From the NCBI GenBank assembly GCA_947459425.1, contig CANHDJ010000008.1, positions 6,671 to 70,670 on the forward strand: 64,000 nt of DNA. The letters run 5' to 3'. This DNA comes from Ignavibacteria bacterium. GTDB taxonomy: Bacteria; Bacteroidota; Ignavibacteria; Kapaibacteriales; UBA4661. The stretch's first letter is position 1; every line of letters begins with the position of its first letter. Made by a program: the position numbers and the translations under genes. Below are positions 18,683 through 26,024 of this stretch, piece after piece. Under the pieces are notes generated by a model. It saw only the letters and a program-made list of their open reading frames with translations, was not told where the DNA came from and searched no databases.

Positions 18683-20074
18683 ATGAAAAAACTTAAACTT
18701 CCCAATACGTTTGTCTTGATTTTTTCCCTGCTTGTTGTGATTGCAGGGCTGACATGGATTGTGCCGGGCGGCGAATATACGACAGCGCAGGTCAATGGGC
18801 GAACGGTGATTGTACCGGGTTCGTTTCATTACATCAAAAGCAATCCACAGGGTTTTGGGGCGCTCATGACCGCACCCATCAAGGGCTTTGTCGAAGCCGC
18901 AATGATTATCGGTTTTGTGCTGATTGTCGGTGGTGCATTTTCGGTGCTGCAAAAAACCGAAGCGATAGATGCACTCATTAAATCCATTGCCAAAGCACAC
19001 GCGCGGTCAGCCTTTGTGCGGGCTGCACTCATACCCTTGTTTATGCTCCTTTTTTCGGTGGGAGGGGCGACCTTTGGCATGAATGAAGAGGCGATTCCCT
19101 TTGTTTTGATTTTCGTCCCACTTGCCCTCGCGCTTGGCTATGACTCACTTGTGGGCGTTGCAATTCCTTTTATTGGGGTGCAGATTGGGTTTGCCGGAGC
19201 ATTTTTGAATCCGTTCAATGTGGCGATAGCGCAAGGAATTGCGGGCTTGCCGCCATATTCCGGCTTGGAATATCGCTTAATCGTCTGGGCGATTGCCAAT
19301 GTGCCGGCGATTGCCTTTGTGATGTGGTACGCAAAGCGCATTAAAGCTCAACCCACACTCAGTCCGATTTATGCCGACGACATGGAGCGCCGAAAGAATC
19401 TGGATTTTGGCGATTTTGAACAATTTACCGCAATGACCCGAACCCATAAAACAGTGCTTTGGATGTTTTTAGCGACGCTTGTAGTGATGATTTTTGGCGT
19501 TGTGCAGTATAAATGGTATATCGAAGAAATTGCGGCACTTTTCCTTGTGATGGGTATACTTGTTGGGTTGGTCGGGCGTTTGGGGGCGGACGCATTTGTT
19601 GCCGCATTTTTGCATGGCGCGAAGGATTTGGTCTCGACGGCGCTCATTATCGCACTGGCACGCGCAACGATGGTTGTTGCGAAAGATGCACATATTATTG
19701 ACACGATGCTTTTTGCTCTCTCTCCCTTTGTCGAGTCCTCAAGCCCGATATTTGCTGCGCAGAAGATGTTTATTATTCAATCGGTCATTAACTTTTTTAT
19801 TCATTCCGGCACCGGGCAAGCCGCACTGACAATGCCCATTATGGCTCCTCTAGCGGATTTGGCAGGCGTGACGCGCCAAACCGCGATTCTCGCTTTTCAA
19901 TTTGGCGAGTTCACCAATATTATCATTCCGACCTCTGCTATTACTATTGGCGTTTTGTCCTTGGCAAATATCCCCTGGGAAAAATGGGCAAAATGGGTAC
20001 TGCCGCTCCAATTAGTCTTAATGGCGCTTGCACTCTTGCTGCTCATTCCGCCTTGCTTATTTCACTGGCAGTAA
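18683..20074 (+). CDS. YfcC/DcuC-type (C4-dicarboxylate anaerobic carrier family) membrane transporter
   Basis: The polytopic ORF in the track starts at 18641. The likely start is MKKLKLPNTFVLIF at 18683 (ATG verified). The conserved N-terminus TWIVPGGEY and the hydrophobic pattern match YfcC-like putative basic amino acid antiporters. Confidence 0.7.
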   Translation: MKKLKLPNTFVLIFSLLVVIAGLTWIVPGGEYTTAQVNGRTVIVPGSFHYIKSNPQGFGALMTAPIKGFVEAAMIIGFVLIVGGAFSVLQKTEAIDALIKSIAKAHARSAFVRAALIPLFMLLFSVGGATFGMNEEAIPFVLIFVPLALALGYDSLVGVAIPFIGVQIGFAGAFLNPFNVAIAQGIAGLPPYSGLEYRLIVWAIANVPAIAFVMWYAKRIKAQPTLSPIYADDMERRKNLDFGDFEQFTAMTRTHKTVLWMFLATLVVMIFGVVQYKWYIEEIAALFLVMGILVGLVGRLGADAFVAAFLHGAKDLVSTALIIALARATMVVAKDAHIIDTMLFALSPFVESSSPIFAAQKMFIIQSVINFFIHSGTGQAALTMPIMAPLADLAGVTRQTAILAFQFGEFTNIIIPTSAITIGVLSLANIPWEKWAKWVLPLQLVLMALALLLLIPPCLFHWQ

Positions 20075-20100
20075 ATTACCGATAAACGAAATCTTACGCC

Positions 20101-20185
20101 GAACAGGAGTGCGAACGAGGTTCGCCAAAAGAGAGTTTCGCAGAAAACTGCGCTGCGGTGCAAACGGCGCTTGCACTCCTGTTGG
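20101..20185. repeat. REP/BIME-like element: two inverted copies of the AACAGGAGTGC-hairpin motif
   Basis: The plus strand has AACAGGAGTGCGAAC-gag-GTTCGC at 20102-20125. The minus strand has AACAGGAGTGCAAgcgccgtTTGCAC, read from 20183 downward. The 11-nt AACAGGAGTGC arms (20102-20112 and 20173-20183) are perfectly complementary. The element sits between convergent genes. Confidence 0.7.
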
Positions 20186-20198
20186 ACGAAAATTTTTC

Positions 20199-20579
20199 TC
20201 AATCCGTAAACGAAAGTAATTGGAAAGGCATGGTAAAATCAACCGAAAATGCCTTTCCAATTTCCAGCATATCGTCGTCATCCTCTTCGTAGTACCATTC
20301 CACTGTTATACTTTTGTCGTTGCCGTGATATTTCTGCAAAAGAGTCATAAAATTGAGCATACATTTCGCTGAACTGGTATTAAAATAATTCAGCCGAAAC
20401 ACTGCCCGCAAACGGTCTGCGCCGCTCGCAAAATAGGTATCAATCCAGTCAAAAATTTGCTGATAAAACTCAAACGCATTTTCGGGATAGGAATTACCCT
20501 CAATGTCAATCACCCCGCCTTGTACATCCATACGGACGCTTGGGGTTTCGGTCGTTTTTTCTAAATACACAGATTCCAT
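20199..20579 (-). CDS. SiaC-family regulatory protein (DUF1987)
   Basis: 126-aa ORF. The sequence TPSVRMDVQGGVIDIEGNSYPENAFEFYQQIFDWIDTY...RLNYFNTSSAKCMLNFMTLL matches the DUF1987 pattern. It lies immediately downstream of a SiaB-like gene. Confidence 0.75.
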   Translation of the reverse strand: MESVYLEKTTETPSVRMDVQGGVIDIEGNSYPENAFEFYQQIFDWIDTYFASGADRLRAVFRLNYFNTSSAKCMLNFMTLLQKYHGNDKSITVEWYYEEDDDDMLEIGKAFSVDFTMPFQLLSFTD

Positions 20580-20639
20580 CGTTTGTAACCTTTGGAAAAA
20601 TAAGACAGTTGTGGTTAAATGTAAATTGTTATGTAGATT

Positions 20640-21263
20640 TTATGCAGGTTTCGCCTCGTCATCTGCCACTTTACCTTTGGCAATATACGCCGTAATGACG
20701 AAAAAAACACGGTCGTTCTCTAGTGGATAAAATTCGTATTCCCAGTTGCCGCTTGCCTTCATCGCAATATCAATGAACCCAACGCCCGCTCCTTTGCTCG
20801 TATTTTCTTGCGTCTGTTTTATCTGCGCGTTATAGAAAGCGCGTAATTCTGATGTGGGAATATTCTTAATGACGGTACACTTTGCTTCGATGCGTTTGAA
20901 TGCCTCTTTCGTGATGCAATTCCCTGCCGTAACGGTGAAACACAAACTTTCCTCGCTCACGCGGATAATGCCGATGCCGCTTTCCGAGCCATCGGGCAGG
21001 AGTTCTGTTTCTGCGGAGTAATGCTTGATATTCTGAATAAGTTCGATAAAAATGCTAAACACTTTTTTGAAGCGAGAACCTGCCGCAAGCGCCAGTGCGC
21101 CTTCCAAGTCTTTACTCAGCCGTACGACAACCTCATGCGTACACACGCCCTGATACGCCAGAATCGTCGTACCAACGTCCAAAGCTAAAAATTTACTGTA
21201 TGTGCTGGTCTCTATCATGCACCAAGGCTCCATCTGGGTTGAAGAATCCATATTTACCGTCAT
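20640..21263 (-). CDS. SiaB-family protein kinase (HATPase-like, anti-sigma-kinase fold)
   Basis: 207-aa ORF. FIELIQNIKHYS and GAGVGFIDIAMKAS resemble the N-box and G-box of SiaB/RsbW-like kinases. It sits between a PP2C gene and a DUF1987 gene. Confidence 0.65.
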   Translation of the reverse strand: MTVNMDSSTQMEPWCMIETSTYSKFLALDVGTTILAYQGVCTHEVVVRLSKDLEGALALAAGSRFKKVFSIFIELIQNIKHYSAETELLPDGSESGIGIIRVSEESLCFTVTAGNCITKEAFKRIEAKCTVIKNIPTSELRAFYNAQIKQTQENTSKGAGVGFIDIAMKASGNWEYEFYPLENDRVFFVITAYIAKGKVADDEAKPA

Positions 21264-21299
21264 TATGCGCCGTAACGTTCTTGGCGCTGTTTATTGCTG

Positions 21300-24200
21300 T
21301 TAAATCCGAACGCCAATCACGAGCATATCGTCAATTTGCTTGTTTTTTGTTCCCATCCATTCATTCATCGTATCGTCCAGTTTTTGACGCTGTTCGGCAG
21401 CCGGAAGACGATGAATAATTTGCAGCGTTTCGACGAAGCGCTTAGAAGAGAATTTTTTGCCTTTTTCGCCGCCAAATTGGTCTTTGTAGCCGTCGGAGGT
21501 GAGATAGAGCATTGTGCTTCCGGCAGGCGCAGAGCCAAACTCAATGGTGTGATTCGTAAAAATGCGTTCATCGGTTTCCGTGCCGCCTATCGGCTTTTTA
21601 TCGGCTTTTAGCTCAACAAATTCGCCGTTCCGCATGATGTAGAGCGAGTTCATTGCTCCGGCAAATTCCACCACACGGCGCGATTTGTCAATCATGCAAA
21701 GTGTGATGTCCATACCGTCGCGGTTGTTCGTTTCGGTCTGGCGCAATGAGCGCTGTACGCCTTTGTGCAGTTCCGACAAGAGCGTTCCCGGTTCGGCGCT
21801 TCCATGCGTATTGACGGCTTCGTTCAAGAGCGAATTACCGATAAGGCTCATAAATGCCCCCGGCACGCCGTGTCCGGTACAATCCACTGCCGCAATGTAA
21901 ATCCGCTCGCCTTTGTCGCAGTACCAGTAAAAATCACCACTGACGACATCACGCGGCTTGAAAAGAATGAAATAGTCCGACAGCCCCTGCCCGATGTGGT
22001 CAACGTCCGGCAGCATCGCTGTTTGAATGCGTTTTGCGTAGTTGATGCTGTCGGTGATGTGTTTGTTGAACTCCGTGATAATGCGCTGTTTGCGTTGCAA
22101 TTCCTCGAACTGCTCGGCATTGCTCAGGGCGATAGCGACGTAGTTCGCTAACATCCGCATAATTTCGACGTGATTGCTCGTGTAGGCATTGCGTTTGTAG
22201 CTCTGTACCGAAAGCGTACCAATCGCTTCGCCCCGCACCATAAGCGGGATGTAAATCAGCGATTTTGCGTAATCCTCGTCAATTTCCGGCGTTAAGCCTT
22301 CAAAAGGATTGATGGTTTTGCGGAAATCGGGGATGTAGTTTTTTGCTTCTTTGTCGGCATCATGAATAATAATTTCTTTCGCATTAGTAATGCACCAAAC
22401 AGGGAATTGATTCGTGTCACTCATGTCGCGCTCGAAGTATGGAAGCCGCATTCCTTTGTCAATCGCCATGGCATATTCAATTTTTTCCTTCCATGGTCGG
22501 TAAATTCCAATACCAAATATCGTTGCGTCCATCACCTCGTAAATACGCTGATAAACCGTCGTGACAATCGTTTCCATCGTCAGCGAGGACGTAAGTTCGC
22601 GCCCAATACGGCTCACCACCGAAAGCCGTGAATTTGTTTCGGTTAATTCGCCGTTTGCGCGTTCGATTTCCTTTGCCTGACGGCGTACTTCCTCGGTGCG
22701 CTCCTGCACGATGCGCTCTAATTCTTCATTCCGCTTCCGAATTTGTCGCATACGGAATTGGTAAAAGGCAAATGCCGCCGCTATAATTGCAATGGCGCAC
22801 AAGCCCAGAAACCACGGCGTTTCATAAAAATACGGCTTCAGGTAAAATGCCGTTCCCACCTCGACTTTGCTCCAAACACCATCGTTATTGGATGCCATGA
22901 CGCGAAAACGGTACTCTTTGCCGCGTGGCAGACTCGTATAAAAGGCGCTGCGCCGCCCGCCGACATCCACCCAATCGTCATCAAAGCCCTCAAGCATAAT
23001 GCGAAATTTCACGCGCTCCGGCATCAGAAGGCTCGTGGCGGTGTACTGGAACTCGAATTTATCAATGCCGGGCGGCAAATCAACAATTTTGTTTCCCTCG
23101 GCGTTAAACGAAACCGACGTAGAATCGGCTTCAAAGCTATCTTTCGTCGAAGCATCGGTATATTGCAAAAGCGATACGCCCGGAAGACGCAATAGCCGAC
23201 CATCGGCAATGACGCGCTCAATCAAAACATTGGGCGGAAGCGGGTTGTAGGGAATGGTGAGCGGCTCGACGACGGCGACTCCTTTGATAGTCGGATACCA
23301 AAAGCGTCCGTCGCGGGCTTTCCAGACCGAAGGCTGCGCTCCACCATTACATTCACTTGATTTCATACCATCAATAACGCCATAGGCAATGCACACCACG
23401 CGCTTTTCCCGCTTGTCCAGCACATCGTTCATGGCGGATTTGCGAACGCGGAAAATGCCTTTGTTGCAACTCATCCAGAGCCATCCGGCATCGTCTTCTT
23501 GAATCGAAAAAATAATATCGCTATGCAAACCTTGCCGTGTGGTTATTGTCGTAAATTTCCCGTCTTTGAGGCGCGACAAACCGCCGCCCGTGCCAATCCA
23601 CAGCACGCCCTCGCGGTCTTCATAAAGTGACCACACAAAATTACTGCCCAAGCCATCGCGGAGCATATATTTCGCTATGCTTCCATTTTTCAACGATGCC
23701 AAACCGCCGCCTTTTGTACCGAACCACATCGTTCCACGCGAATCCTGAAGCATGGCGTAAATCGTGTTGCTGCCAAGACCGTCTTTGGTGGTGTAAGTTT
23801 TAATTGTTGCGGCGGTGGATGTGCCGGCGAGTGCGCCCAAGGATGAACCAAGCGCTGCGCCTTGCACAAGCAACCGTGCCGCCCCTGCGTCTGTGCCGAC
23901 CCAGAGCGCACCATCGGAGTCCTCAACAATAGCCTGTATGCGGTTGCTGGGCAAACCTTCGCTGGTGGTGTAACGCGAGGATAGTACGCCTTTGTTCATG
24001 CCTTGCAATCCCGCCCCCGTCCCAATCCAGATTTTGCCAAGTCGGTCGCTCCAGAGCGCCGTGATGACGTTATTGAGCAAGCCTTGTTGCGTCGTAATAT
24101 TCGACCATGTTCCGGCGGAAAACGTGTTCAAACCGCCGTTTGTACCGATGTAGATTGTGCCGTCGCCACCTTCAATAACTGCGCTGATATTGTTGTGCGA

Positions 24201-25289
24201 AAGCCCGTCTTTTGCGGTGTAGGCATTAAAACGGCGGTCTTTGAAGCGTCCGATTCCGCCGCCGTCTGTGCCTATCCAGAGCGCACCTTCGCGGTCTTCC
24301 AGCAGCGTAAAGACTTCATCCGCGCCTAAGCCTTGTTGAGAAGTGAAGGCAGAAAGCTGTCCGGCACTGGTCAAACGGTTCACGCCGCCGCCATTCGTGC
24401 CAATCCAAAGTGTTCCTTCGCGGTCGGTTACAAGCGAGCGCACATCGTTTTTGCTTAGACCATTTGTGGTGTTGTAGAAGGCGGTAGCGGTGTTGTTTTC
24501 AACGCGAAAAAGTCCGTCATTGCTACCTACCCAAAGCCGTCCTTGCTTATCGGCAAGCAAAGCATGAACGCCATCGCCGACCAAGCCTTCATCGGGCGAG
24601 TACGGACGAAACTGCCCTTCTATTGCCACAAATGGTGAAAAACGCCCATTTTCCCAATGATTCACGCCGCCACCATTGGTGCCGACCCACATACCGCCTT
24701 TGAGGTCGGATGCAAGCGCTAAGATTGTCGGGGCAGTTAAGCCGTTATCGGTTGAATACTTCGTAAAACGCCCGTTTTGCCAGGATGCCAAGCCGTTTTC
24801 CGTTCCAATCCACACTGTTCCTTGCGTATCTTCGGCAAGCGCAAAAATCACGTTGTCCGGCAAGCCTTCTTTGACGGTGTAAAGCGTAAATTTCCCCTCA
24901 CGAATACAGAGCAAACCGTTTTCCGTCCCAATCCAAAATGCGCCCGATCTATCTTCCAACAGCGACAAAATGGCGTTGCTTTTCAAGGGCAGATTGGATT
25001 TATCGAAAGCAACAAACCGTGCGCCGTCGAAGCGCACCAATCCTTCTGCTGCACCAATCCAGACGTAGCCGTCCCGTGTCTGGTACAAACTGCGAATACC
25101 GCTTTGCTGGAAGCCATTGTCAGTCCGCCACGCATCGAAGACGTATTGCGTCATCGGTTTGGTGGGATTCAGTCCGCGAACACTCTCCATTGCTTGTGTT
25201 TCGGGAATTTTTTGAGCAGTCGTGATATGGTGTGCGCCAAGCAGAATGCTACTAAGCGTGAGCAGGGAGAGGAATAGACGGCGAATCAT
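21300..25289 (-). CDS. SiaA-like sensor phosphatase: periplasmic two-component-regulator propeller repeats + Y_Y_Y + TM + GAF + PP2C/SpoIIE
   Basis: 1329-aa ORF with a signal peptide. About 14 repeats fit the G.LW[IV]GT..GL pattern (Reg_prop), followed by a Y_Y_Y-like beta-sandwich (YRFRVMASNNDGVWS). Then come a TM helix (LGLCAIAIIAAAFAFY), a coiled coil and a GAF-like region. The C-terminus has SpoIIE motifs: SGDFYWY, AVDCTGHGVPGAFMS, DGMDITL, LTSDGYKDQ, DDMLVIGVRI. Confidence 0.85.
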   Translation of the reverse strand: MIRRLFLSLLTLSSILLGAHHITTAQKIPETQAMESVRGLNPTKPMTQYVFDAWRTDNGFQQSGIRSLYQTRDGYVWIGAAEGLVRFDGARFVAFDKSNLPLKSNAILSLLEDRSGAFWIGTENGLLCIREGKFTLYTVKEGLPDNVIFALAEDTQGTVWIGTENGLASWQNGRFTKYSTDNGLTAPTILALASDLKGGMWVGTNGGGVNHWENGRFSPFVAIEGQFRPYSPDEGLVGDGVHALLADKQGRLWVGSNDGLFRVENNTATAFYNTTNGLSKNDVRSLVTDREGTLWIGTNGGGVNRLTSAGQLSAFTSQQGLGADEVFTLLEDREGALWIGTDGGGIGRFKDRRFNAYTAKDGLSHNNISAVIEGGDGTIYIGTNGGLNTFSAGTWSNITTQQGLLNNVITALWSDRLGKIWIGTGAGLQGMNKGVLSSRYTTSEGLPSNRIQAIVEDSDGALWVGTDAGAARLLVQGAALGSSLGALAGTSTAATIKTYTTKDGLGSNTIYAMLQDSRGTMWFGTKGGGLASLKNGSIAKYMLRDGLGSNFVWSLYEDREGVLWIGTGGGLSRLKDGKFTTITTRQGLHSDIIFSIQEDDAGWLWMSCNKGIFRVRKSAMNDVLDKREKRVVCIAYGVIDGMKSSECNGGAQPSVWKARDGRFWYPTIKGVAVVEPLTIPYNPLPPNVLIERVIADGRLLRLPGVSLLQYTDASTKDSFEADSTSVSFNAEGNKIVDLPPGIDKFEFQYTATSLLMPERVKFRIMLEGFDDDWVDVGGRRSAFYTSLPRGKEYRFRVMASNNDGVWSKVEVGTAFYLKPYFYETPWFLGLCAIAIIAAAFAFYQFRMRQIRKRNEELERIVQERTEEVRRQAKEIERANGELTETNSRLSVVSRIGRELTSSLTMETIVTTVYQRIYEVMDATIFGIGIYRPWKEKIEYAMAIDKGMRLPYFERDMSDTNQFPVWCITNAKEIIIHDADKEAKNYIPDFRKTINPFEGLTPEIDEDYAKSLIYIPLMVRGEAIGTLSVQSYKRNAYTSNHVEIMRMLANYVAIALSNAEQFEELQRKQRIITEFNKHITDSINYAKRIQTAMLPDVDHIGQGLSDYFILFKPRDVVSGDFYWYCDKGERIYIAAVDCTGHGVPGAFMSLIGNSLLNEAVNTHGSAEPGTLLSELHKGVQRSLRQTETNNRDGMDITLCMIDKSRRVVEFAGAMNSLYIMRNGEFVELKADKKPIGGTETDERIFTNHTIEFGSAPAGSTMLYLTSDGYKDQFGGEKGKKFSSKRFVETLQIIHRLPAAEQRQKLDDTMNEWMGTKNKQIDDMLVIGVRI

Positions 25290-25467
25290 GGAATAGTTCC
25301 GAGATAAGTAAGGTGAAGGCTGGCGGTAGCCCGAAATACCAACCGCAGCAAGAACAAACGATATTCAAACTCGCCCAAATTAGTATTCTTTAGGGAATTT
25401 TGTGCAAATTTCTTTTCGGAAAAATTAGGCTCTGTGTCTCTTCTCCGCGCCTCCCCGATTATTGTTC

Positions 25468-25492
25468 AACAGGAGTGCGAACGGAGTTCGCA
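25468..25492 (+). repeat. REP-like hairpin motif copy (AACAGGAGTGCGAAC-gga-GTTCGCA)
   Basis: The same 15-nt head plus short GC-rich hairpin as at 20102 and 61412. It lies in a divergent intergenic region. Confidence 0.65.
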
Positions 25493-25594
25493 ATTGGTAC
25501 TGAAAATATATCCATACTACTTCGAGGTGTATTGTATTACCGCACAATAAGTAGTATATTGATTGCAGAATTCCGTACTTTTTTGAGAATAAGA

Positions 25595-25737
25595 CCCGTA
25601 AAGCTAGGGCAATCGCATGAAAATTTTTGAACGGCTTGAATACTCATATCGTGGAACAAGGGGTTGCAACCCCTTGTTGTTAGCGCAAGTTTTTATGCGG
25701 GTTACAGATGTTCATGCGATTGCCCTACCCGTAAAGC
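25595..25737. mobile_element. MITE-like non-autonomous element (123 bp) with 17-bp perfect TIRs and 10-bp flanking direct repeat
   Basis: TIR-L is TAGGGCAATCGCATGAA (25605-25621). TIR-R is its exact reverse complement (25711-25727). They are flanked by identical CCCGTAAAGC at 25595-25604 and 25728-25737. The centre carries a perfect 24-nt palindrome AACAAGGGGTTGCAACCCCTTGTT (25655-25678). No ORF is present. Confidence 0.6.
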
Positions 25738-26024
25738 GCATCAAAATTCAATACTTCTTCTCCAACGTCTGTTATCTCTACGGTGCGTAAAAAAAACGAC
25801 CTTTTGCAGACGATATGTTTGACCGAATCACCGCCCCGTCAAACAAAACAATGATACAACATTCTATTTTCACCTTTCTTTCAACGGATACTTTTATGAA
25901 TCCCTTGGTAACCCCTTTTCGCTTGCAGATCTCACGAATACTTGTCGCACCCTTTATTGGCATTCTCACTGCCGTCCAAGTACGAACGGGAGATTTCATG
26001 CGCTTTGTGGGATACGTCGCCCAA

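Noticed and set aside
339-25277. Antisense or overlapping short ORFs inside the other large genes, for example 403..1053, 2218..2970, 14487..15227, 15245..15859, 22743..23195 and 24777..25277.
   Set aside because: Each is nested in a longer ORF with strong family motifs, and none shows motifs or a plausible start context of its own.
25400-25999. ORFs 25400..25630 (+, 76 aa) and 25778..25999 (-, 73 aa), and the 5' extension of the giant ORF from 25815.
   Set aside because: They overlap the repeat and palindrome elements, have no motifs and are low-complexity. The giant protein's clear signal peptide begins only at 26025, so this stretch is more likely non-coding leader.
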